This document shows positions 42,614 to 54,634 of a stretch of 64,000 nucleotides of DNA, in pieces; positions within the stretch are counted from its first letter, which is position 1; every line of letters begins with the position of its first letter. The notes under the pieces were generated by a model. The model worked only from the letters and a program-made list of their open reading frames with translations. It did not search any database and was not told the DNA's origin. A program made the position numbers and the translations under genes. The stretch lies in NCBI GenBank assembly GCA_964234715.1, contig OZ174277.1. The stretch is one strand, 5' to 3'. The DNA is from Podarcis melisellensis (taxonomy: Eukaryota).

Positions 42614-43170
42614 GTGATGCAGATTTTTCCTTATTCTACAAATGCTATTTGAAGTATTCTACTTTTTCTCTACATTATTGGTTGAAACAAAATATATTGG
42701 TATCAATCTATATGTTCTTAGGTCTCAGCGATGTCTTCTTTTACTTACACTTACATGTGTTAGAGGTGGCTAAGTAACCGAGTAAAAGTGAAACTGGGTC
42801 AGTTTTTTTTGGAAATATAATTATCCCCATAATTTCCTTAGGTGATATTATTTGACCCTAATTCAGATTTTTTTCAGCAAGCAGACTAACATAAAACACT
42901 AAGGGGAGTGTTGAACTTTGTTTTTATCTTCCGTGAACATGTCAATTTATGTGTGTTCAGCAATGTAAATCATATTGTGTTGTATCAAATGTTAGTCATG
43001 CTCAGAGAAGACCCATGAAAATTAATGGGCATGGTTAACCTAGGTCCATTCATTTCTATGGGTCTAGTCTGAATAGAACTTAGTTTGATACAGTCCCTTG
43101 AGTTTACAGTAAACACGAAGTTATTTATCAAAAGGAGAAAAGAAATGCTCATATAATAGAGAATTCCTTG

Positions 43171-43939
43171 GGCCACCAGATGCCATCATGATACAACTCG
43201 GAGAAAAAGATGTGGCTGATAGGAAGGGCATCACCCTCATATTGGCAGGAACCACAGATCTCGTTGCCCTGTGGGCAACACACCCTAGTTTGACCATCTT
43301 CTGGTCTGAGAACCTGGAGCAACACCACTGGTGAGGTGCAGCACTGCCTGTACATGTCAGCCAGTCATGGGAGAAAGTTAACTGAGCTATGTCCTGCATA
43401 GCACAGTTGGGTGGTCATATCACATGCCACCCTGGTAACACATTTAATAAACTGGACTTATACCAGCCTGACAGAGTATACTTATCACCAAGTGGCAATG
43501 AGGCCTGGCTGATGGATATTTACTGGGGCCTATGGGCTTGGTTGCAGATGTGATTGGTTTGTTGTTAAGCTGGCAGGGAGGGGCTTACTCAGATGGCAGA
43601 AAAAGGTATTGGGTTGGATCCATAGTCCAAGTGCAGGAGAGCCTGTCTGGTGGTCCAGACAGGGGGCTATCGGACTATAGAACATCCTACTGGCATCCTG
43701 GTGGGACCGTCCCATTTGATTTGTGTCATGGGGAGACACAGGATCGACCCTGAAGGAGCAATCAATCAGCAGGTGGGTTGATTGATTCAGGATGCATACC
43801 CACTGACTATGCCATAGCCTACTATATCAGTAATAAAAAAAAGTTACAGCCAATTTCAGTCCCATAATATTGTCTTGTCATCATTTCTATCATTATAAGA
43901 TCACCACTCACATCACCAGCCTGCTGGGCTTAGGCCCAC
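43171..43939 (+). mobile_element. Decayed fragment of a Ngaro/DIRS-like (tyrosine recombinase) retroelement with an SGNH-hydrolase ORF remnant
   Basis: Frame 43170-43553 reads GPPDAIMIQLGEKD...TIFWSENLEQHHW*GA...KVN*AM...HPGN...LYQPDRVYLSPSGNEAWLMDI. It shows degenerate SGNH block III (GxND) and block V (DGVHLSxxG). Both internal stops are TGA, consistent with CGA deamination. Confidence 0.7.
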
Positions 43940-44785
43940 AAACATGAAGTTATTTATCAAAAGGAGAAAATAAATGCTGATATAAGAGATAATTTCCTGC
44001 TGATATTTTCCTTTATGTTTGCCAGACTTCTACTTAAAGTTCAGCTGTGTTGCCTCAAATAACTCTATTGCATAGTGATGGAGAGGAGATCATGCCCTTC
44101 CTACATGCTGTGGTTTGCTATGGTATCAGCAGTGGTTAGAAATTCAAAGCTGCTGGGTGACTACATCAGTTACTTTTACCTCATTTCTTCCCCGTGCCAG
44201 AGCTAAGACAGAAACATATATTGCAAGAACCAAAATAAAAGTGGTCAGTTATGTTATAGTTTTGAGATTCTTAAAATTAACAAGAAAAACAAAATAATAC
44301 AGCTGATTTATTCAACTTCTTCATATGCTGTTTGCATAGTTTTTTATGTTTGGACTTAGTGAAAAGAAACTTTGATTTGCTATTGTATTCTCATCCTTCC
44401 CTCAGTTGATGTCTTTCTCTTGTCACCATGTGTGTATAAATGCATTCTACTCCCCTGGGTCTTTAATGCCTGGTGGATTGGAATAGTGAGACTTGAAGTG
44501 GAGTGTGCTTTCACATAAAACTGTAAAGTTTAAAGAAGCTTTATGATGCAGTTGAGGAACCCTTGTATAGTTGGCCTCACATGGTCACTGAGGTTGTGTG
44601 CATTGATTTTGTGCAATCACTATAACTTCTGGCTAGATGGATGACGTTGCATATTAATGTTATTATAATATTCCTGGAGTTGGATGAGTTTCTCTATCCA
44701 AAAAGAGGCTGGGATGTTTGTTGTTGTTTCCTCCACAGTTCTATGCAGTCGTTAATATTACATGGCCCATATCTCTACCAAAGAG

Positions 44786-44954
44786 TTAAGGTAAAGGTAA
44801 AGGGACCCCTGACCGGTAAGTCCAGTCGTGGATGACTCTGGGGTTGCAGCGCTCATGTCGCTTTACTGGCCAAGGGAGCTGGTGTTTGTCCGCAGAAAGC
44901 TTCCGGGTCATGTGGCCAGCATGACTAAGCTGCTTCTGGTGAACCAGAGCAGCG
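44786..44954 (-). mobile_element. Sauria SINE, 5'-truncated, second subfamily
   Basis: (AAAGGT)n tail and homology to the 3' half of the 13648 copy. TSD ctaccaaagag at 44775-44785 and 44955-44965. Confidence 0.9.
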
Positions 44955-45089
44955 CTACCAAAGAGAGTAGCATGTAAATACAGGAAATCCCAGCAGATAA
45001 TATTACTTTTCTCCTAATTTATTTGTCTCTAGATAAGTCTGAATTAAAGGAAGCAGAAAGTATCGAATGTTTCTTTCTGTCTATCATTC

Positions 45090-45265
45090 TCATTTATATT
45101 TTGCCTTTTCGCTAAATAGTTTAAAGTGGCATGCATGGGATTATCACATTTAATCCTCACAGTAATCTTGTGAGGTAGTTTAAGCAGAGTTAGTGATGTG
45201 ACCAAGGACATGCAGTCAGCATCATGGCTAAGCATGGACTCTAAGCCAAATCTTCCCTAATTCAA
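45090..45265 (-). mobile_element. Old tRNA-derived SINE (Squam3/MIR-like)
   Basis: Core tttaatcctcacagtaatcttgtgaggtag...gtgaccaagg in antisense orientation. Confidence 0.55.
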
Positions 45266-46391
45266 CATCAATCCAGAGTGTGTGACGAATGCAGTTTGCC
45301 ATCACCCACAGCCAACAGTGTGGGATGCAGATATGGGAGTGAGTGCTGATGACCTGTTGTCAGTGGAAGAGGAGACTTGAAAGACATGGATAGTTAGATG
45401 GGCAGGATGTGTAGGGACAGCTGTTTTGCCATATGATTTTGGAGGGCAACCAGTTTGTATGGGGAAGGGGATTTAGACAGTAAACAGTTTGGAACTGTTG
45501 CGGTGGAGCTGGCAATTAGATAAAGTGGCAGTGGAGGTGGTATTTTTAAAAAGTAACCACTAGCATCTTCCAGAATCAAAGTAAATGTTTTTTCTGTGAC
45601 AAAGTTGGTTGAGGCCCCTAAACATCTGCTATTTTGAGAATCTGGCCTTTCAGCCCAGTTGAATTCACTTTTCAGGGAAAGGGGATGAGAGTAATCAAGT
45701 GGCTTAAATGTGCCCGAGCGTCATTGGATTGCATTCTTGTGGTCAGGCTGTTAAAAAATAGATGCCATGTTTTTAAATTGATTATAAAAGAATCAAAGTG
45801 GAATGGAATGGGAAATGGTAATAAAAAAGGAAATACCTAAGGCATGCACCAAGGTGGTATGGTTGGGAAAGTTTCTTTGCCTGAAAGTAATCAGAATTTG
45901 GTGAAACTTAACGAAGTTAGCAAAGGGAGAAACAAATGGATTCAGCCTTAGAGATACGGCAGGGGAGACTTATATGCATAGTTAAAATAGATTAGCAGTT
46001 TTTAAATTTAAATTATTTTGCACTGTGATAGATAAGATTTGTGCTAACTATAGTATAACTAGAAAAAAGACCTTTTTGCATTTTTACATTTATAAATTAA
46101 CTGTGTTTTATGCTAGTTTTTTGTTTTTGTTTTTTAACTAATGTTTTATGTATTTTCTTAAAATCCCAGTGACACCTGCTGGAGTATTTAAAAACAGCAC
46201 TGTACTTAGTAGCCTAGTAATTTTCCCCTGAAATTGGCCTTCATGAGTATGTCAGAAGGGGACCAAAGGTACTGTGGTCTGGAGGGACTATGAATTTTTC
46301 ATTTTGGTCACAAAGGGGGCCAGGTACAAGTTTCTCAGAATAGTTCTGTGGTAGCAATACTAAGAAAATTTTTATAACCATTTATTAATTA

Positions 46392-46768
46392 AAGGTAAAG
46401 GTAAAGGTACCCCTGCCCGTACGGGCCAGTCTTGACAGACTCTGGGGTTGTGCGCCCATCTCACTTAAGAGGCCAGGGGCCAGCGCTGTCCGGAGACACT
46501 TCAGGGTCATGTGGCCAGTGTGACAAAGCTGCATCTGGCGAGCCAGAGCCGCACACGGAAACGCCGTTTACCTTCCCGCTGGTAAGCGGTCCCTATTTAT
46601 CTACTTGCACCCGGAGGTGCTTTCGAACTGCTAGGTTGGCAGGCGCTGGGACCGAGCAACGGGAGCGCACCCCGCCGCAGGGATTCGAACTGCCGACCTT
46701 TTGATCGGCAAGTCCTAGGCGCTGAGGCTTTAACCCACAGCGCCACCTGCGTCCCTGCGCCACCTGCG
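46392..46768 (-). mobile_element. Sauria SINE, full length, young subfamily
   Basis: The reverse complement aligns to the 39081 copy with about 16 substitutions (counted by eye). TSD tttattaatta at 46381-46391 and 46769-46779. Confidence 0.95.
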
Positions 46769-48689
46769 TTTATTAATTACATGAGTACATATTTATATCA
46801 GCTGAAAACCCAGTATTCATTCTCTAAAGAAAACTTTATAAGAGAAGAGGGGGATGAACGATAGCTATCCCCAAATAAATCAAGGGTGAGTTGAAAGAAG
46901 CTGGCATGGTCTAGCATACAGCAACATATTTATTGCTAGCCACGTGACAGATCTATGCTATGTCTTGTGGTCACCCTGAACCATATACTGCTGGTGATAA
47001 TATATTGCTTTCCATTATATAAATACCAAGACTTGTGGTTACCGACCAGGGAAGTGAAGAAGAAAGAGAACAAATGCAGTGAGGTAATTTGTACCAAAGC
47101 ACAAACCTGGGAACGTGTGTTTATAATAGATTTTCTAAATGGAAAAATGTAGTTGTGTTATGACAGCTTTTAAAACCCTTCTTCTCTTTATTCATTCTGG
47201 ACTTACACAGGTCCCTGTATATACATTATTATACTTTTGCCTAATTTTGGGGGTGGGGTGGGGCAGGGAACCACAACACCAAACCATATAATTTGCCACA
47301 AAACGTCAAAATAGGCATTTGAAGTAGATGCCCTTCAGTTGTATGCACTTTTGCATATTTATTGGACAGTAGTTCTTCAGTTTGAATCATGATGGCTCTA
47401 GGGGGCTGCTTTTGTAACTTCCACCCCCTTCAGATTCAGAAGTGAGCTCTCACTGACATAGAGCTTTGCTGTGGTTGCTTAGGAAGGCCCACCTTCTGGA
47501 GGCACAAAAAGCATGCCTTTTCCCACAATGCCATTTAAGGGCTCCTGTTCTATGTAATGTAAGTGATAACTGGCTCTTCTTGAGTGCTGAATTCCAGTTC
47601 CTTCACACAGCTGCAGTTACTCCAGGTTTGAGACCTGGAATGGTGCATATCACCCCTGCTAGCCAGCTTATGGTGGGAAATACTATACTCATGTTTTTGA
47701 ATTTCAGAAATCTAGCATACCTATTATCAGTTAAAATGCATTCCTTTTATGTACTCAGTTGACCATGTTCCTGTTCTACCGTTCCATGCCACACTCACTA
47801 ATAGCAATGGACCTCAAATCTTAAAACCCACCTTCTGCCTGCTATTCCTCTCAGAAAAGAAAATTCTCTCCATAAACATCCTAGCTAGGCTGCTGATAGG
47901 CATTTTAAGACCACCTAGTTTTAGAGAGAAAATCTTGGCTTTATTATATGCCCTTCTCTAAATTCCGTACAATTTCCTCTACTTGAAGCTTGGAAAAGGA
48001 TAGACAAGCCTCTTGTGAGCTGTGTAATTAATTACTGGAGAAGTGCAAGCTGTTTCTAGTCCTTCATTCTGTATATTAATTGATTGAGGGGGCCAGGTGC
48101 CAACTTTACCAATCAGTGGAATACAAGAGGCAGTTTGCATTTTTCATTTGTCAGTAGTTTCTGTTGGTGGGCAAATGGGGATACCCATTCACAACCATTT
48201 AAGAGAGTTTTGATGCAAGATCACTAAGCAGATAAGACATTCAAACAAGTTAAGGTATTTCAGGGTAACATCGCTCATGAATTTTGATCAGAAGGTTTGG
48301 TTTCCCCCCCCCCTGAAAATGAGTGCAACTACCTTCTCCCCAGATCTAATGCATTTTCACCAAATGGACTTTGGAAGGTTTTCTCACACAGGTGTATGAT
48401 AACGATTTCCCAGAAGTTGTATGAACACATCTCTCTCAAAAATCCTATCTATTGTTCCAAAGAGGTACAAAAATGCTTAGTAAAACCTACCTGCTCTTAA
48501 TTGGGGGAAGTGTAATATACTATCAGAGAATGGTTGTAGCAGGTTTTGGCACGTGGCCGGTATTGACTCGTAAGATGAGAGAAGATAGGTGTGCTTTTGA
48601 GGACAAGTTGAGTCCTTTCATTGAGACAAAAAACACAGAATGGATGCAAATCTATATTTCTAATAAATTAATTCTCTTTTTAAACTTAG

Positions 48690-48795
48690 GGCCGTGCCTC
48701 ACTAACAGCTGAGAAAGAACAGTTTGCCCATCAACATGAAGAGATGAAAAATCTAGAAGATATTGTTAACAGTTTAAGGCCAACTGCTCTTATAG
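48690..48795 (+). CDS. ME1: ME1 coding exon 10 (106 bp)
   Basis: Borders aaacttag|GGC...ATAG|gtaaca. Translates GRASLTAEKEQFAHQHEEMKNLEDIVNSLRPTALI(G). GRASLT is ME1-like rather than ME2/ME3-like. Confidence 0.97.
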
Positions 48796-50312
48796 GTAAC
48801 ACTTACATCTCTATTTGTCCAACCACCTATACTACCTTTGCCTCTTTGTTTTATTGTGTGATATAGACGCTGTGAATATGCATGCAATGTATAAAAATAG
48901 GTTTTGAGTATGTATTATTCTTACTAATTGAATTTGTATATTGTCCTTCATCCAAAGATCACAGGACAGTCATCTAACCCCCAAAAACCATCCTCAGGAA
49001 GCGATGTTAGCAGTTATAAAATAGCTTTGTTTTGTTTCCTTCAGAGGTTGAAACCAGGTGAAGCTCTAGAAAATTTTGAACTGTAGTGTAAGTAATGGAT
49101 AAGCGATGCATTACGTCAGGAAGAACTCATAGCTTTAGGTCAATGTATACCTTTTTAATCCACTCCCGGGGTTATGTCCTTCCTCTCATTTGCTGCCTGA
49201 GGCATAATATAATCAGAATAGTGTGTAATTTATCCTTCCCCCATCTTTAAATTCTTTTCCAATAACTGCATTATGAATAAAAACGTGCACATTTGCCTGA
49301 ATGTAGTTACATTGTTTTGTAGTGAATGGAATTTAGAAGGGATTATTCTGTATGCTTTTTCTGTGAATGAAATTTAAGAGGGATTATTCTGTACCCTATT
49401 TTGTACAGGATACCTTACAGAATAATCACTACTAAATTCCATTTACTGAAAAAGGGTATAAACAGTTACATTCAGGTAGCTGTGTATATTCAAAACGTAA
49501 TGTATAGCATTGAGTGTGGAACATGAAAAGAGTTTATATAAATACCATGTTTATCTGCTGTGTATCTGCTGTGTAGCAAGAAAGACTGATCAAATTTGAG
49601 ATTATTTTTTTCTGTATGGATGATTAATTGTTAAAAAATCTCTCCTTGCATGACGGGGATTGCTTTGTTGTCTGATACTTTCCCAAGGTTTTTTTTAAAA
49701 CAAGTCTCAGCAAATGCCATATATGGAGTCTTGCTAGACACCGTTCAGGAAGACGACTTGTTATTGTTGGACCAGAAACAATTATTTTAATAAAAGTAGC
49801 CATAAAGAATAAGTGAAATTATGTTTTCTAATTTATTATACCCTCTGGCTAGAAAAGGTTGACATTCTTATGATTAACAGTCTAGAAGCAAAATTGACAT
49901 AAACTCTACAAAATGTAAATCAAATGCCAGTACTTTTTGTTTAGACCAATTAGCCAATAAAAATTATAGGAGCCAGACTTTGAACTATACTTTCTTTGAG
50001 AGGCCTAAGATATCAGAAGAAAAACAGGAAGATTATATGTTAAACTGCAGCTCTTTAAGACTCAAGCATCTATCTGTTCGTACAGCTTAATGCAACTCAA
50101 TTGAATATGTGTCAATATTACAACTACTTAAGATCCTGAAGTGTCTCATTCTGGGCTGGAAATATCTCAAGCACCAGCTTCATTGAAATGAAATGCCACA
50201 GTGGCACATTTCCTTTGCATATGAGTGCAACAGCACAGGTTATGGTGGATTTTGCCTTTTGTCTATGAATCAAAACAGTTACTTCATCCAAATTTCCCAT
50301 TGTCTTCCTCAG

Positions 50313-50455
50313 GAGTTGCTGCTATTGGTGGTGCATTTACAAAAAAGATTATCCAGGATATGGCTTCCTTCAACCAGAGGCCAATTATTTTTGCTCTCAG
50401 TAACCCAACTAGCAAAGCAGAATGCTCTGCTGAGGACTGCTACACTCTAACCGAA
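50313..50455 (+). CDS. ME1: ME1 coding exon 11 (143 bp)
   Basis: Borders ttcctcag|GA...GAA|gtaagg. Translates (G)[47 protein letters not shown], with the LSNPT motif. Confidence 0.98.
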
Positions 50456-51698
50456 GTAAGGAAAGAACCTTGATTGATATTGAATGGGTTGTACTTAATG
50501 AACGTTATTTTAGCAGCAAGGTAGAATAATTAGATTCTTGACTTATATGTTAAAAATGAAAGTTTCTAACCCCTCATGCTTTGTGGGCAATATTTAAAAA
50601 ACAAACCTTGTTTGTTTGTACTCATGACACCTCGCTTCAAACCTCACCCAGGAGCTCCAAGGGGAAATGGAGTGGCTAACCTTTTTTGGCCAGCCTTCTG
50701 GAGGCCACATGCCAACAGTTTGTGTGCCTACTCCACACTTTACATCAGGTGTGGTGACCCCACACACTCTTGCATGTACACATAGACAGACATACATGCG
50801 GCACATACCCTGCCACAGGTACACAGAGGGCTTAGAGAGAAGACATGGCTGAAGGTGGGGGTGGCAGGTAGTTTCCTCATCCTTTTTGCTATTACATCTC
50901 TAAATTGGCAGAGGTGCATGGGACCAAGGAGCTTTCAATCCATTGGATCCAAAGCTGCCATTGCACCAAGCTGCCATTGCTCCACCCATAAAATATCTCA
51001 TTTTGGGGGGTTATATCTTGCTATTGCTTCTGCTGCTGGCTTCTTTTTACCTGGTTCCAGATGGAGCCTCCACTGTAGCAGAGCTCCCCCAAACTGGTGG
51101 CATTTCTTCTTGTTAGAGGAGAGGCACAAACCCATTGCTCTGATCCTCTCCAGCCATCAACCTGGGGATGTTGGAGCAGCAGGACTGTTCTCTAAGCCAT
51201 ATAACTTGTCTTTTAACTGGTCCATTGACTTGGGAGGACGTAGCTGGAATGAAATGATGTATAATCTAAATCCCGCTGCATATGAATTGCAGTCTTTATA
51301 CTTTCTCTTTGGGTCAAGTACTTTCCCCTTGGAATTTCTCTACTGATGCAGGACAAATTTATAATTCTATAAATAGAAAACAAATATTAAGCATGTCCTA
51401 TTTGCCTACTGAAATGTATACATTGGAGTGAATGCAGGAATGAAACAGGAATGCAAATATTTTAAAAAATATGGTTACAATGGGCAGCTCCACCTGGTAA
51501 CCAGAGCTAAAAATATACTGAAATACCTAATCATCCAGCAAAATGTATAAAGCAGGCCATTATAAATCTACATGACACCAAGCTAAATGATATTCTTTTG
51601 AATAACTATATAGTGTTCTTGTTTGTATTCCATGCATATTTGCAGTTCTGTAAGTTAAACAAGGATCCTTCTGTTTAAAAGTTAAATATAATCATGTA

Positions 51699-51790
51699 GG
51701 CTGCAATCCTATACCTGTTTACCTGGGAGCAAGCCCAACTGATCTGAAAGGGAGTTATGTCTGAGTAGACATGCATAGAATTGCATTGTG
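51699..51790. mobile_element. Short palindromic squamate MITE family
   Basis: Ends gcaatcctata ... catagaattgc. Related degenerate copies lie near 12843-12932, 24820-24912, 42985-43095 and 54318-54397. Confidence 0.55.
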
Positions 51791-52057
51791 AATCCTTTTA
51801 AGAAGGATGACAAATAAGCATTTACAGACCTTATCTTCCAATGCTGGCAGTTTCATGCACATTGGACTAACTATTTTACTTGTTTCACTCAAACCTCAGC
51901 AGATAGCAAGTTAGCAAAGAAGGGCTGTTGGATTTGTATTTGTTTCATGCCACTTTTTACCTTAGCAGGTAGAAGCTGTGGCCACGAACTGCATTAGAGA
52001 TTATGATGGCATCACTGTGAACTATTACGGTTTTTCCTAGAAGAGCGGTTATTTATA

Positions 52058-52284
52058 CAACCCCCCCCCCATTTTATGCATGTTCAGTATGTGAGCAACT
52101 TGCACACACATTCATCGTGTCAAACCCAGAAGCAACCCAGAAACATCACAAAAACGGGTAGAATGGATGGGGGTGGGAACAGGATATTTGCAGACTTCTT
52201 CAATTGTGTTTCAGATATACACAATTACAATTAAATGTGTGGTGCCTTGGAACGTAACCCCCACATAAATGAGGGGTTGCCTTT
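52058..52284. mobile_element. Degraded TA-flanked Tigger-like MITE
   Basis: Imperfect inverted ends caacccc...ttt and aaatgaggggttg, with a subterminal ggaacgtaacccc. Confidence 0.45.
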
Positions 52285-52563
52285 ATATATATCTCACATA
52301 GTCATAATGTGAGTCTCAGTTTTGCATACTTGCATTTATGTGGATGGCTGAAACTAGTTCTGAAGATACTAAATTCCAATTCTTCCTAAACTGAAAAGTA
52401 AAGTAATAGATATCATATGAAATAGACATAATGCCATTTTGTTATCATATGTCTCAGCAAGATATCAGACACAAAGAGACATTATGATACAAAAGTCTAC
52501 TGGGTTCAGATTGGTTTGGAACTTGCCTTCATGCTGACAATGCACCGACCGGAGAGAGACATA

Positions 52564-52815
52564 CAGTGGTACCTCGGGATGTGAACGGGATCCGTTCTGG
52601 AGCCCCGTTCATATCCCAAAGCGAACGTAACCCGTGTCTGCGCATGCGCGGGCCACGTTTTGGCACTTCTGCGCATGCGTGTGACGTCATTTTGACGGTC
52701 TGCGCATGCGCATGTGACGAAACCCGGAAGTAACACGCTCCGTTACTTCCGGGTCGCCGCGGAGCGCAACCCGAATTTGCCTAACCCGAAGCGTATTCAT
52801 CCCGAGGTATGACTG
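52564..52815 (-). mobile_element. Tc1/mariner-pogo type MITE (TA TSD), CpG-intact copy
   Basis: Ends TA|cagtggtacctcgggatg ... catcccgaggtatgactg|TA. Internal perfect 13-bp hairpin at 52722-52734/52742-52754. Confidence 0.87.
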
Positions 52816-52933
52816 TAGTTAGAATTGCAAAATTCTTGTTTTGTGACTTTTGTGTAGGTTTCTGGTATACTGTAGTTACTTTATGAAAACACTTTTTTAT
52901 AGATATAGATGTAGGTTCTGATTTTCCTCCATC

Positions 52934-52940
52934 TACTAAC
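52934..52940 (+). promoter_or_regulatory. Consensus branch point TACTAAC of ME1 intron 11
   Basis: Perfect TACTAAC, with the branch A about 23 nt upstream of the exon 12 acceptor. Confidence 0.7.
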
Positions 52941-52962
52941 ATTTGCAAAACATTTGTTTTAG

Positions 52963-53136
52963 GGACGTGGCATTTTTGCAAGTGGAAGCCCTTTTGATCG
53001 TGTCACTCTTCCAGATGGACGCACATTTTTTCCTGGACAGGGTAACAATGCTTATGTGTTTCCAGGAGTTGCCCTTGGAGTTGTTGCATGTGGAATAAGA
53101 CATATAAGTGAAGAAATTTTCCTCACAACTGCAGAG
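52963..53136 (+). CDS. ME1: ME1 coding exon 12 (174 bp)
   Basis: Borders tgttttag|GGA...GAG|gtactg. Translates [58 protein letters not shown], with the GSPF and QGNN motifs. Confidence 0.98.
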
Positions 53137-53697
53137 GTACTGACTGTTATATACCTGATAATGTCTGCCCCGAAAAAGACATGTATGGCACATCAGTTAA
53201 TGATAGCATGTTGTTGTAGGGCCTTCAGACTGGTAGTTTGGGGTGAGGGACCTCAGCCTGAGGACTGAATGTGCCCCCCCCCATCCTGACTCTCAGAATC
53301 TGGCCCTCAGAACTCTCTCCAGACCACACCATCTTCCCTGGCCACACACACCTGAATACTGTCTGAAACAGTGAAACTGATACTTTCTGTGTAATGGTCG
53401 CAGTGTAAGGTAATGAGACAGGAATTCATCAGAAATCTGATGGATTAAACCAGCGCTGAAACAAAAGCAGTACTTCTCCTATTACATAGACTGAATGTGT
53501 ATTGAGGGACACATGCCTATGGTTAATATACCAAAGCCTCTGAGTCCTAATTTTGGTGATTCTCTTACATTGTTTTGAGGGAGGAAAGAGTACTGTTGAA
53601 CCTTTTATTTATTTCAGAATGTAAAATCATGCAGAACTGTGAATTTCTTCTAGCAGAGAATTGGCAGCAATTGCTCTAGCAAGTAATTTGTTGCTGT

Positions 53698-53742
<45 letters not shown>

Positions 53743-53746
53743 GTGT
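53698..53746. repeat. (TC)n(TG)n microsatellite
   Basis: Read directly from the sequence. Confidence 0.93.
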
Positions 53747-54595
53747 TTGTTTGTTTAAAGAATGGCAAGATTTCCTCACAGAAACCCCAGGTGTTACAAT
53801 TTTCCATCAAGGTGTTTTTCCCTAGGGAACCATTTGGACCTTCCATGTGCCAAAATCCGGAATAAGCTCAGACTCTCTCCACTAGCTTTGACCAGCCAAG
53901 ATGGGCAGTGATCCTTCACATAGGAGGTGACTGAGGATAAGTTGGTTAATTTTATCCTCATGGCTAAAACCTTTCCCTGTAATTTCAGTTGGATATGGCA
54001 AGTCTTAATTCTCTGCCCTAAACTGCCATGTCTATTTTAAAAGACATGGCTTCTTAAACTTTCTAGAATGGGCTCATATGTATAGTTTGTAAAGTACTTT
54101 GGAAACTTCTTAAATGAAAGGTGGAGCATGCAAAGCCTCTCAAATGTCAAAATTGAGAGGAAGTCAGCAAAAATTGGTTTCTTTTACAGACTCTTTTAGC
54201 AGGAGTGGAAAGTACTAGAAATGATAGCGATACTTTAAAATAACTTCTTCAGGCAGACATCTGTTGATGGTGACACTGAGTGCAGATTTTGCCATCTAGG
54301 TCTTTAGTTAAATGTTAAGGTTATGCACTTAACTGTGAGTGAACCCCATTAAACTCAGTGGGATTTATTTCAAAGTAGGCATGCTTAAGATTACAGTGTT
54401 CACATATGTCTGCCCTGCACATACTCTCCTAATGACTCAAAGTCTGATTCATAGTCATATTGAAGCTACAAGAACACTTACGTCTGCTCTCAATTATGCT
54501 CTGTAAACTTTAGTGTCAAGTAATGGGTTTGACAATTGTGTCTGACCTGTGAAGAAGTATCAGGGGCAACTCAGTCTGATGGGTGGGATAAAGTA

Positions 54596-54634
54596 TGAAT
54601 GTATGAATGAATGAATGAATGAATGAATGAATGA
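54596..54634. repeat. (TGAA)n microsatellite
   Basis: Read directly from the sequence. Confidence 0.9.

Noticed and set aside
39133-46704. Near-identical 90-aa ORFs (MTDSGVVRPSHL...) at 39133-39405(-) and 46432-46704(+), plus related ORFs at 10953, 11197, 13660 and 39303
   Set aside because: These are translations of Sauria SINE copies, not a duplicated gene family.
47249-47268. G-quadruplex-like ggggtggggtggggcaggg
   Set aside because: A common low-complexity motif deep in an intron, with no supporting context.
50855-51346. 163-aa ORF in intron 11
   Set aside because: It has a GTG start, no recognisable domain and no place in the complete ME1 exon chain, so it is most likely a chance ORF.
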